DNA of 64,000 bases. Source: Methanomassiliicoccales archaeon. Its GTDB lineage: Archaea; Thermoplasmatota; Thermoplasmata; Methanomassiliicoccales; UBA472. The position numbers and the translations under genes are program-made. Positions 53,581 through 62,904 of this stretch are shown here, one piece after another. The stretch spans positions 60,516 through 124,515 of the forward strand of contig JAJRAK010000057.1 of the NCBI GenBank assembly GCA_028682895.1, given 5' to 3'. Within the stretch, counting starts at the first letter, position 1; the number at the start of each line of letters is the position of its first letter. The notes beneath the pieces were generated by a model, which was not told the DNA's origin, made no database searches, and was given only the letters and a program-made list of their open reading frames with translations.

Positions 53581-54677
53581 GGGACATCAGCGCCACCAGG
53601 GTCGTCATCAAGATCGGCACGAACACCATCTGCGGCGAGGACGGCAAGGTCGATTCGGTCTACCTTGACAGCATCGCCAGGCAAGTTATCGAGCTGGACG
53701 GGCAGGGCGTTCAGTCGGTGATCGTCACCTCCGGCGCCATCGGTTCCGGCAGCAGCGAGCTCGGGCTCGACGGCATGCAGATGGACATGGCGCACAAGCA
53801 GGCCTGCGCCGCCGTCGGCCAGGCCGCCCTGATGCTGACATACAGGGAGGTCTTCGCCAGGTACGGCAAGTCCGTGGGGCAGTTGCTGCTGACGTACACC
53901 GCGTTCTCTGATAGGAAGGTCTACCTCAACCTGCGCAAGTCTATGGACGCGCTGTTCTCGTTAGGCGTGATCCCGATAATCAACGAGAACGACGTGATCT
54001 CCACGGACGAGATAGGCAACACCTTCGGAGATAACGATAAGTTGTCCGCGCTCGTCGCCAGCAAGGTAGATGCCGACCTATTGATCATGCTCACGGACGT
54101 TGATGGCCTTTACGACCGCAACCCGGAGACGGACAAGGACGCGCGCTTCATCGATACCGTTGACGAGATAACCAAGGACATCGAGCTGATGGGCGGCAGC
54201 GGCACGAGCGGGCGCTCAAAGGGCGGGATGAAATCGAAGATCAACGCCGCCCGCATAGCCATGGGCTCCGGCTGCAATGCGATCATAGCCAACGGCAAGG
54301 AGAACGACGTCATCCTGCGCGTTGTGCGCGGGGAGAAGATCGGCACGCTGTTCTCTGCCAACGCCCTTTACAACAACCGTGAGCGTTGGATCCTCTATGC
54401 CAGTCCGCGAGGGAAGATATCCGTGGACGCAGGAGCGGAGGATGCTCTGAAGAACGAGGGCAGCCTGCTCCCCTGCGGTATAACCGCCGTCGAGGGACGG
54501 TTCAAGGAGGGGGACGTCGTCCGCATCGGCACCTTCGCCAAGGGAGTGGTGAACTTCCCGTCAGGGGAGATAATGCAGCTGAAGGCCGCCTGCGAGAAGG
54601 AGAAGAAGCAGGGCAACGGCAAGGTGCACAGCGACAGCGTGGTCATCGACCATTACAACATGGTGTTCCACGAGTGA
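53577..54677 (+). CDS. proB: Glutamate 5-kinase with C-terminal PUA domain
   Basis: VIKIGTNTI..., VTSGAIGSG and C-terminal PUA (GITAVEGRFKEGDVVRI). ATGA overlap with proA. Confidence 0.85.
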   Translation: MRDISATRVVIKIGTNTICGEDGKVDSVYLDSIARQVIELDGQGVQSVIVTSGAIGSGSSELGLDGMQMDMAHKQACAAVGQAALMLTYREVFARYGKSVGQLLLTYTAFSDRKVYLNLRKSMDALFSLGVIPIINENDVISTDEIGNTFGDNDKLSALVASKVDADLLIMLTDVDGLYDRNPETDKDARFIDTVDEITKDIELMGGSGTSGRSKGGMKSKINAARIAMGSGCNAIIANGKENDVILRVVRGEKIGTLFSANALYNNRERWILYASPRGKISVDAGAEDALKNEGSLLPCGITAVEGRFKEGDVVRIGTFAKGVVNFPSGEIMQLKAACEKEKKQGNGKVHSDSVVIDHYNMVFHE

Positions 54678-54839
54678 TGTCGGCTTTCCAAGGACGCATC
54701 GGCGAGGAGTAAGCTTTTACCCCTACCTCATGCCATCAGATGATGCTGATGGAGGAGGGGTAGGGATCATATCACAAGCTTGTTCAATGGACCAACGAGA
54801 TGGTGCATGGAAGAAAATAGCCGACCTCGCCGATATGGA

Positions 54840-55919
54840 CTAATGCTCCGCCGACCTGAACGTGAGGTCGAAGCGCGTGCCGCCCCGGGGATCGTTGATT
54901 AAAGAGATGTTTCCCTCGTATCGCTCCATCGTCCGCTTCACCAGATAGAGCCCGAGCCCGGTGCCGCGTTTCGATCCGAAGGAGACGCCTTCCATGAATA
55001 TTCGGTCGACATACTCGGACGGTATCCCCTTCCCGTCGTCCCATACCGATAGAACGGTACGCCCGTTGTGCCTGGCGATCTTGAACTCCATGCCGCTGGC
55101 CTGACCGTGCTTCTTGGCGTTGCTGACCAGGTTCTCGATCACCGCACGGAGCGCCGGGTCGGCCAGTACCTTGGCGTCGCCGTCCATCACATAGAGCATT
55201 TCCATGGACGGTAGCACCGTTTCCACGACCTCCTTCAAGCTGACCGGTGTCAGTTCGTTGTTGGATAGGAGGAAATGGTCCAGTTCGCGCATCTGGGTGA
55301 TTATGACCTGCATGTGCTGCAGTGATGTCTGCGCCCGCTCCAGGTCCCTTGACTTTCCGCCGACCACGTAGAGGTCCAGGGAGGAGCTGATTATCAGCAG
55401 CTCGTTGGCGATGTCGTGGCGCAATATCTTGTTCGCCACGCTAAGAGATTGAGAGAGGTTCGTCAGCTGTGTACGGGACTCGTTCAGCTCCTTCATGTAC
55501 TGTATGTTGGACAGCGCCATGTCCAATGCGTCGGGGATGGTGAACAGCAATGATAAGGAGGAATTGAGATCGTTCGGGTTCCTTACTCCGTCGGCCATGA
55601 GCACGCCGATCCGCTTCCCCTTGCTTTTGAGGGAGAGCACGAAGCCCTTCTTGGAGGGCAGAAGCTTGATGACCTGGTCCGGAAGCAGTCTGGCCTCTGT
55701 ATGCCATTGATCACAGTTGCCCATGACCTTTCCCTCCCGGAGGTCCTCCGGGATGTAACAGATCTGTTCCGGATGATAGATGCTGGCGATCGTGTCCATC
55801 ACGGCATGGATGGCCGATTCTCTATCCTCTGCCTTCTGCAGGGTACGGAGCAGGTCCAAGAAAATTGGATGATACGAACTGCCCTGATCGGTCATCAACA
55901 TAAAACGAAAAAAATACAA
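54840..55919 (-). CDS. Sensor histidine kinase (GAF-like N-terminal domain, HisKA, HATPase_c)
   Basis: H-box ILRHDIANEL, N-box ENLVSNAKKHG, G-boxes DDGKGIP and GTGLGLYL. Confidence 0.75.
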   Translation of the reverse strand: MYFFRFMLMTDQGSSYHPIFLDLLRTLQKAEDRESAIHAVMDTIASIYHPEQICYIPEDLREGKVMGNCDQWHTEARLLPDQVIKLLPSKKGFVLSLKSKGKRIGVLMADGVRNPNDLNSSLSLLFTIPDALDMALSNIQYMKELNESRTQLTNLSQSLSVANKILRHDIANELLIISSSLDLYVVGGKSRDLERAQTSLQHMQVIITQMRELDHFLLSNNELTPVSLKEVVETVLPSMEMLYVMDGDAKVLADPALRAVIENLVSNAKKHGQASGMEFKIARHNGRTVLSVWDDGKGIPSEYVDRIFMEGVSFGSKRGTGLGLYLVKRTMERYEGNISLINDPRGGTRFDLTFRSAEH

Positions 55920-56093
55920 CGGTTCGATTATAAATTAGTTTCAGGTTGATTATTCATTATAAAATAAATGAACTACATTTTTCTCCAATACAATCGAGCG
56001 CCCTTCGAATTCCGCAATTCTTGTCGATCGTCCGCCTACGCTCGGCAACGTGCGATCGGACCGACATGAGCTATGACGGCGCGGTCCGGACGC

Positions 56094-56411
56094 TCATCTC
56101 ATCATGTCGTTCAGCAGGTCGTGCACCAGCCAAACGTCGAGCGGGCCGACCAGACCGTCCTGCTTCTTCGGCCCTTCGGTGCCGAGGGGCAGCTTCTGAC
56201 TGAGCGCCTTCGCCGGAAGGTCGGACCTGATGAGCGTGCGGGTCACCCCGCCGATCTGGTATTCCTCGAGATAGTAGTCTAGCATCTCGGGGTCGGGAAC
56301 TATGGCGTCCCACGACCTCTGGCGCTTAGGCCGGATAAAACTCATGAGGATGCTCGAGGTCATGGAAGTAGCACACGGCAGTGCGTATTTTAACGTATCG
56401 TCCATCTTCAC
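56094..56411 (-). CDS. Hypothetical protein
   Basis: 105-aa ORF with no recognisable motif. Confidence 0.25.
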   Translation of the reverse strand: MKMDDTLKYALPCATSMTSSILMSFIRPKRQRSWDAIVPDPEMLDYYLEEYQIGGVTRTLIRSDLPAKALSQKLPLGTEGPKKQDGLVGPLDVWLVHDLLNDMMR

Positions 56412-56443
56412 GAACGTGGTAGTTGGACCTTTACGGTGGAAGC

Positions 56444-57556
56444 TCAGATGGCTGGTTCACAACGCACCTGGGAACGGAACGCCGCGCTCTTGCTGGATAT
56501 GTCAGGCAGATCGTCCTTGCTTATCCGCCGGACCATCGGTGGCCTTTCCGGATACAGGCGCGCGCATTCGCGCAATAGGTAGTCGTGTACCGCCCCTGAC
56601 CTTCGAAGCGTGTCGTGGTCCCATTCTCCCACCGCCTCCAAGGCGCCGTCGCGGCCTCCGCGGTAGAATATCTCGGCCAGCATGGAGGTGGCTATGGTGT
56701 TGTCAGAAAGTATGGCCAGCTCCGCCTCCCGGAGGGCATGGACATTTCCGTTGAAAGAGACGGCCAGTCCGCCGCTGCGCCTCACCACTTGGAGCGCACG
56801 CGAATCTGTCACGCCATCGCCGACGTACATGCAGTCCTCCAACGGTACGCTGAGGCGCTTGCATATCTCCACGACGGACGTCGCCTTCTCGTCCGCCCCC
56901 ACCGGATTCACCTGGGATGTGAGCTGATAGGACGACATGTCGGTGATCTCGGTACAGAATATCTCCTCCAGTCGCCTCACGATGAGCCGGTCGTCCGCGC
57001 TCAGGTCCCGTATGCTGCGGGCCGTTGCCGGCACGGTGATGAGAGGCATGTGGGCGATCTCCTGAGAAAGGTTTCGGAGGGTCTGCACCTCCCAATCGTC
57101 GATCTCGAGCATGTCCATGCTCAACCTGGTACAGAAGGCGTTCTCGAAGGGGAACCCGAGCTCATCGCATGCCGCCCCCACGTAATGCTCGTAGCTGGTG
57201 CTGACGACGAAGCTGGACATGAACTCCTGCACATAGCGCATGGTCTTCACCGCCCCGGGGACCATCTTCAGGTCCTTCTTGGAAAGCCTGAGCAGCTCCG
57301 AGTCGGTGGCCCCGTACGCCTTCAGGAAAGGAAGGATGAGCCTCAGCGTGTCTCCGGCCTTGACACCGTCCTTGCGGATCACGTTGGAGAGGACGTCCTC
57401 GTACCTGCTCAGCACCTGATAGAAACGTGCGCCGTTCTCGACCAGATGGGAAGTGACCTCGAACGCGTTATCGTTACAGGTTATTGGCCCCTGCAGGTCG
57501 GAGATGAATATCTTGCCCTCGAAAGGCATCGCTTCATCGATAAGGTCGAACTCCAT
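56444..57556 (-). CDS. HAD-like hydrolase superfamily protein (atypical motif I)
   Basis: YVGDGVTDSRAL is HAD motif IV-like. The N-terminal FISDLQGPIT resembles motif I with the second Asp replaced. Confidence 0.35.
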   Translation of the reverse strand: MEFDLIDEAMPFEGKIFISDLQGPITCNDNAFEVTSHLVENGARFYQVLSRYEDVLSNVIRKDGVKAGDTLRLILPFLKAYGATDSELLRLSKKDLKMVPGAVKTMRYVQEFMSSFVVSTSYEHYVGAACDELGFPFENAFCTRLSMDMLEIDDWEVQTLRNLSQEIAHMPLITVPATARSIRDLSADDRLIVRRLEEIFCTEITDMSSYQLTSQVNPVGADEKATSVVEICKRLSVPLEDCMYVGDGVTDSRALQVVRRSGGLAVSFNGNVHALREAELAILSDNTIATSMLAEIFYRGGRDGALEAVGEWDHDTLRRSGAVHDYLLRECARLYPERPPMVRRISKDDLPDISSKSAAFRSQVRCEPAI

Positions 57557-57642
57557 TGCGTCACCTCGGTCATCTTACGGCGCAGCGATAATGAAAGGGG
57601 TCCATAATAAATAACGCCTTCCACACCCATCCTGATATGCGC

Positions 57643-58047
57643 TCATATATCAAAGACCACGCGGACCATGGGCGTGGTCGGCTCTATCTTCATCATATGA
57701 TAGGTGATGGCCTTCACCTCTTTCTTCGGTTCGTGCCTCGAAGGGTCGAACGGTTCGCCCCAGGCACGGCATATGACCTTGTCGCCCTCGAACTTGACGG
57801 TGAACTTGGAGAGCAGCAGGTTGGAGACATCGAAGACGAAGAGCATCTCCGACAACATATTGTAGAGCATGGACTCGTGATCATGTCCTTCGACCATGAT
57901 GTCGTGCTCCTGCAGATGCCTGACCTTACTGACATCGACCATCTGGTCCGTTAAGGCATAGGCGGCATTGGCGAAGCATTCTTCCAGTGTCCTACCGTAC
58001 GCCTCGATCATCACGTCCGCGGTGTGTTCCAGGGTCCGGTATCTCAT
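57643..58047 (-). CDS. Archease (activator of tRNA-splicing ligase RtcB)
   Basis: MRYRTLEHTADVMIEAYG... is the archease signature N-terminus; 134 aa. Confidence 0.8.
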   Translation of the reverse strand: MRYRTLEHTADVMIEAYGRTLEECFANAAYALTDQMVDVSKVRHLQEHDIMVEGHDHESMLYNMLSEMLFVFDVSNLLLSKFTVKFEGDKVICRAWGEPFDPSRHEPKKEVKAITYHMMKIEPTTPMVRVVFDI

Positions 58048-58160
58048 CGCTCCGTTATCCGCGACCAGCTATTTCTTTTTCTGCTCCAGACCATGCTTCT
58101 CACGTTTGATTATCGGGGGAGAATCGCTTTTATAATCATCACCATGGTTGCTTATATCGA

Positions 58161-60905
58161 ATGGAGAGAAGAACGGGGACACGCCCTCTTAACATCCTGA
58201 TCGTGGACGACGAACCGGGCATCCTTGAGGTGAGCAAGGAATACCTGGAATCGCAGTATGGTATGAGGGTGATCGCTCTTCAGAAGAGCATCGATGTGAT
58301 GCAGGTGTTGAGCGAAGAGAGCTTCGATGCCATCGTATCCGATTATCAGATGCCGATCATGGATGGGCTTTCCCTGCTCAAGCAGGTCCGTTCGAAAAAC
58401 ATCGACATCGCCTTCATCCTCTTTACGGGAAAAGGAAGGGAGGAGGTGGCGATGGAGGCCCTGAACAATGGGGCGGACTTCTATGTCCAGAAGGGCGGGG
58501 ACACCAAAGCCCAGTACTCCGACCTGGCCCATAAGATCTCGGTGGCCGTGGAAAGGTACGTCACCAGGAAGGAGATGACCCGCACGAACTCGCTGCTCCA
58601 TTGCACGTTGGAGTCGATCCCGGATGGTGTGATCGTCATCGACAGGAATGGTAAAAAGGTGATCGTGGCCAATCGTGCGGAGCATGAGATCCTAGCAGCG
58701 CCGGACGGCTCCCTCATCGGCACTGACGCTGACCGATTGATCAAGTTGATCTCCCGGGACGGAACTGATCGTGAGATCGCGACCATGCTCCGAGAGAACA
58801 TCATACCGACAGATGTCGAGATGCATAATTTCACCATCACCACTAAAAACAGGTCCTTCGAGGTGAGCACCTCCCCTTACATGGTGGACAACGTCATCCA
58901 GGGAGGCATATGGACCACTACGGACGTGACCGGGAGGATGGAGGCGGACCGGTATCTTAAGGAGAGCGAGCAGAAGCTGAGGAGGATCGTCTCCGCGGCG
59001 CCCGTATGCCTGGCCGTGGTCAAGGACCGCAGGTATGTCGAGATCAACGAGAGGCTGGAGAACCTGCTTGGATACAACAAGGGGGAGCTCATAGGCAATC
59101 ATGTAAGGGTCTACTATGAGACACAGGACGAGTATGAACGGGCTGGTCGGGAGCTCTATTCGCCCGGGTCGATGAAGGACAGCATGGCCTCGACCAAGAC
59201 CCGTTGGATAAAGAAGGACGGGACGTTGATCGACCTACTTCTTAGCGTCTCATACCTGGATGCCAATGATAAGGATGCAGGGTACATCGCTGTTGCCACC
59301 GACCTCACCGAACTGATGAGGGCAGAAGGTCAGCTCCAGGACCGATTGGAGTTCGAAAGCTTGCTGGCCAAGGTCTCCAGGCTGTTCACCCAGATAGACG
59401 TCGTTGACCTGAACGATGGGATATACAAGGCCCTGGCCATGATGGGAGAGCAGCGCGGGGCCGACCGTGCCTATCTGTTCGAGGAGAACAGTGAGACGAG
59501 GACCATGAGCAATACCGTCGAATGGACCGCAGACGGCATCGCCAGTACTAAAGCTGGACTTCAGAACGTACCGGTGGACAAATTCCCCTGGTGGCGGGAG
59601 GAGCTGCTCAAGCACGGACTGATATTCCTGCCGGACGTGGACGAGCTGCCGGCCGAGGTTGAGCGCAATGATCTGAGATCTCAGAACATCCAGAGCTTGG
59701 TCGTCAGCGCCATGTTCAACGGTAATGTTCTGAAAGGGTACGTCGGCTTCGATTATGTGAGGCGCAAGCGTCCCCATACCAAGGAGGACCTTGAGCTCCT
59801 GAGGTTCATAGGGGAGATCTTCTCCTATGCCATGGTCCGACGGGAGAAGGAGGTGAGCATACAAAAGGAGAGAGAACGGCTGAGGAACCTCCTGAACAGC
59901 TCACCCATAGCGGTCATCGTTTACGATCTGGTAGGGGACGATCTCGTGATGAGCTTCTCGAACGAGGTAAGCAAACAGCTGCTGTCCAAGGACATGGACG
60001 CCCTTGTGGGGAAGCCGGTGAAAGAGGTGCTGCCCAACATCTCGGACGATACCATCGACTCTTACATGAAGTGCCTGAGGGACGGTCTGCGAAGATATGA
60101 TGAGAGAGATTACCATGACAAGGACGTCCATGCCCGTTTCCAGATATGGACCGTGCGCCTGAGCTCGGAGCGACTGGCCGTGTTCTTCCAGAACATCACC
60201 GATGTCGCGTTGCTGAACGAGCGGCTCACCCTGGCGAACAAGAAGCTCACCCTGTTCGGGAAGCTGACCAGGCACGACGTCGCCAATAAGATACTCGCTG
60301 TGCGAGCGAACCTTGACCTGCTGAAGCTGCGGCTGGACTCCCCGACCCTGATAAAGTATGTGAACGGCGCTGAGAAAGGTGCCTCGGACATCGCTGAGAT
60401 CATGGACACCCTGAGGTACTATCTGGACATAGGAGTGGATAAGGTGTGCTGGGTCGACCTCGGCGATGCCATGGACGACGCGATACGTCTACTGGGGCAT
60501 GACAGGTCCGCGTCCCCCCGTATCATGGTGAGCGAGGAGCTGATGAAGTATGAGGTTCGGTCGGACAAGCTCCTGCCTATCGTTCTGTTCAACCTCCTCA
60601 GCAACTCGATCAGACATGGCGGCAAGGTGAGCAGGATCGACCTTACCGTCGAACGTCATGGAGACGAGATACGACTAGTGATCGAGGACGATGGGCAAGG
60701 TGTTCCAGAGGAGATGCGCTTCACACTTTTCGATTTCGAGCTGGACGGCAGGCAAGGCCATGGGCTCAACTTCATCAAGGAGGCGCTCAACACCTCCGGG
60801 ATGAACATCGAATATGTGGGCGACCCTGGGCATGGGGCCCGGTTCATCATCAAGGTTCCGAACGGGCAGTACCGGGAAAAGAAGGGGACGACGCTGGCCT
60901 CGTAA
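58161..60905 (+). CDS. Hybrid sensor histidine kinase: REC, multiple PAS/PAC and GAF-like domains, HisKA, HATPase_c
   Basis: REC: ILIVDDEPG...IVSDYQMPIMDG...LFTGKG. H-box LTRHDVANKI, N-box LFNLLSNSIRHGG, G-boxes DDGQGVP and GHGLNF. Confidence 0.8.
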   Translation: MERRTGTRPLNILIVDDEPGILEVSKEYLESQYGMRVIALQKSIDVMQVLSEESFDAIVSDYQMPIMDGLSLLKQVRSKNIDIAFILFTGKGREEVAMEALNNGADFYVQKGGDTKAQYSDLAHKISVAVERYVTRKEMTRTNSLLHCTLESIPDGVIVIDRNGKKVIVANRAEHEILAAPDGSLIGTDADRLIKLISRDGTDREIATMLRENIIPTDVEMHNFTITTKNRSFEVSTSPYMVDNVIQGGIWTTTDVTGRMEADRYLKESEQKLRRIVSAAPVCLAVVKDRRYVEINERLENLLGYNKGELIGNHVRVYYETQDEYERAGRELYSPGSMKDSMASTKTRWIKKDGTLIDLLLSVSYLDANDKDAGYIAVATDLTELMRAEGQLQDRLEFESLLAKVSRLFTQIDVVDLNDGIYKALAMMGEQRGADRAYLFEENSETRTMSNTVEWTADGIASTKAGLQNVPVDKFPWWREELLKHGLIFLPDVDELPAEVERNDLRSQNIQSLVVSAMFNGNVLKGYVGFDYVRRKRPHTKEDLELLRFIGEIFSYAMVRREKEVSIQKERERLRNLLNSSPIAVIVYDLVGDDLVMSFSNEVSKQLLSKDMDALVGKPVKEVLPNISDDTIDSYMKCLRDGLRRYDERDYHDKDVHARFQIWTVRLSSERLAVFFQNITDVALLNERLTLANKKLTLFGKLTRHDVANKILAVRANLDLLKLRLDSPTLIKYVNGAEKGASDIAEIMDTLRYYLDIGVDKVCWVDLGDAMDDAIRLLGHDRSASPRIMVSEELMKYEVRSDKLLPIVLFNLLSNSIRHGGKVSRIDLTVERHGDEIRLVIEDDGQGVPEEMRFTLFDFELDGRQGHGLNFIKEALNTSGMNIEYVGDPGHGARFIIKVPNGQYREKKGTTLAS

Positions 60906-60947
60906 GAACCTAATCGTTATATGGGTGTTCGGCGTTCATAATGGGCG

Positions 60948-61766
60948 ATGCGGCTCCTTATCATCGGCAGCGGGGCCATCGGTACCACGCTGGCCAAGAC
61001 AATTCAAGAGATGGAAGAGTTCGATATCTTCTACATCACTGACAAGAACGAGGAACGGGCCAAGAAGATCGCCAAGGAGTGCAGTAAGGCAAAGTTCATT
61101 TCACCCACTGACGAGAGCATCAAGGCCCACCTGAAGAACGTGGACCTGGTGGTCGAGGCGGCCTCCCAAGAGGCGGTGCAGCGCTACGTGCCGATAATCC
61201 TCGGCATGGGAGTGGACGTACTGGTCATGAGCGTAGGAGCGTTCGCTGACGATGACGTCCGCGAGAGATGCTTCAACGTGGCCAAGCGGAAAGGTGGACG
61301 ACTGTTCGTGCCATCTGGAGCGATATGCGGTACGGACGGGCTGAGCTCGGCATCTTCCGATGTCATTCACAGCGTGGAACTTGTCTCCACCAAGGGCCCC
61401 AAGAGCTTCCAGGACAACCCTTATCTGCGCTCCAAGGGCGTGGACGTCAACAAGCTCAAGGAGAAGACCGTTCTGTTCGAAGGGTCGGCCCGCGATGCCG
61501 TGGCCCACTTCCCCAAGAACGTCAATGTCTCCGCCACCATATCATTGATCGGCATCGGACTGGACAAGACCAAGGTCAAGCTGGTCTGCGACCCTTCCAG
61601 CGATTGCAACACCCACCGCCTGGAGGTAAAGGGAGAGTTCGGTCACATCGTGTGCGAGACGGACAACGTTCCTTTCCCGTCCAATCCGGCCACTAGCTAT
61701 CTGGCCGCACTGTCTGCGATATCGGCCATAAGGCGCATTGCTGGCAACGTGTGGATAGGTATCTGA
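60948..61766 (+). CDS. nadX: L-aspartate dehydrogenase-like (NadX, COG1712)
   Basis: MRLLIIGSGAIGTTLAK is a Rossmann motif. Size and C-terminal region (...NVNVSATISLIGIG...) are consistent with Asp_DH. Confidence 0.55.
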   Translation: MRLLIIGSGAIGTTLAKTIQEMEEFDIFYITDKNEERAKKIAKECSKAKFISPTDESIKAHLKNVDLVVEAASQEAVQRYVPIILGMGVDVLVMSVGAFADDDVRERCFNVAKRKGGRLFVPSGAICGTDGLSSASSDVIHSVELVSTKGPKSFQDNPYLRSKGVDVNKLKEKTVLFEGSARDAVAHFPKNVNVSATISLIGIGLDKTKVKLVCDPSSDCNTHRLEVKGEFGHIVCETDNVPFPSNPATSYLAALSAISAIRRIAGNVWIGI

Positions 61767-61797
61767 GGGCACTCCTAAATACGGCTTTCACATTGTC

Positions 61798-62904
61798 TTG
61801 TCCTTGATTCTGATGAAGGACCGGGTAAAGTGGATATTCTCCAACTGCCAGGACGATCTGGATGCTATTGTCATCGTGAACGGCGAGGAACCGCTGCTGG
61901 ACGTGGCCTTCCCCTATGTCACCGGCACCAAGGCCGGGCTGTTCGAGGGATGCTTGGGCGTCATCACCCCGGACGGACGCTCCACGTTGATCTCCTCCGC
62001 CCTGGAGGAGACCTCTGCGCGCGGGGGCACGGCCGAGGTCGTCACCTACCGCAACAGCAAGGAGAGGGAAGATGTCACCTCCGACCTTATGAAAGGATTC
62101 CGCAAGATCGGCATCAACGGTCAGGGGATCACTTACGCCAACTACCTGAACGTCAGGAAGCTGGCCCCTAACGCAGAGACGGTCGACGTGAGCGTCGGCC
62201 TGGAATCGTCCCGTTACATAAAGGACAGCGAGGAAGTGGACAGGATACGGCGCTCCTGCCGCATCGCTTCCCGCGTGGCCGATGAGATATCCGGGATGCT
62301 GAAGGAAGGGATGACGGAATACCAGATGGCCGCTGAGATAGACTACCGCATGATGAGGACGGGGGCGTCCGGTTCGGCTTTCGCCACCAACGCGTCCTTC
62401 GGACCGAGCTCGGCCGAACCGCACCACGAGGCGGAGAACATCGTGCTCAAGCGGGGCGACACCGCGCTCTTCGATTTCGGCTGCAAGGTGGACGGGTACT
62501 GCTCGGACATCACCCGCACCTTCTTCTATGGAGAACTGAAGGACTGGCAGAAGAGGATGTACGAGGTGGTCGAACAGGCGCAGTTGGCGGCATTGGCGGT
62601 CATAGGCCCGGGCATGAACGGCAAGAACGTGGACGCCGCCGCCCGCCTGGTCATCGACGCCAGTGAGTTCAAGGGACTGTTGATCCATTCCACCGGCCAT
62701 GGACTTGGGCTCTCGGTGCACGACGGCGGCAGGATGGCACCGAGCGTGGACCTCGTACTGAAGGAGGGCATGGTGATGACCGTGGAGCCGGGGGTCTACA
62801 TACCAGGAAAGGGCGGGGTCCGCATCGAGGACGATGTGCTGATAACCAAGGACGGGTACGAGATGCTGACCGACGCCTCGAAGGAAATGAAGGTTGTCCA
62901 ATGA
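61798..62904 (+). CDS. M24-family Xaa-Pro dipeptidase/aminopeptidase
   Basis: Pita-bread fold: ...HGLGLSVHD... and ...VEPGVYIPGKGGVRIEDDVLIT are metal-ligand motifs. Confidence 0.8.
   Translation: MSLILMKDRVKWIFSNCQDDLDAIVIVNGEEPLLDVAFPYVTGTKAGLFEGCLGVITPDGRSTLISSALEETSARGGTAEVVTYRNSKEREDVTSDLMKGFRKIGINGQGITYANYLNVRKLAPNAETVDVSVGLESSRYIKDSEEVDRIRRSCRIASRVADEISGMLKEGMTEYQMAAEIDYRMMRTGASGSAFATNASFGPSSAEPHHEAENIVLKRGDTALFDFGCKVDGYCSDITRTFFYGELKDWQKRMYEVVEQAQLAALAVIGPGMNGKNVDAAARLVIDASEFKGLLIHSTGHGLGLSVHDGGRMAPSVDLVLKEGMVMTVEPGVYIPGKGGVRIEDDVLITKDGYEMLTDASKEMKVVQ

Noticed and set aside
61693-62901. 402-aa minus-strand ORF
   Set aside because: Antisense to the M24 peptidase gene. Translation is His/Arg/Gly-rich with no domain signal.
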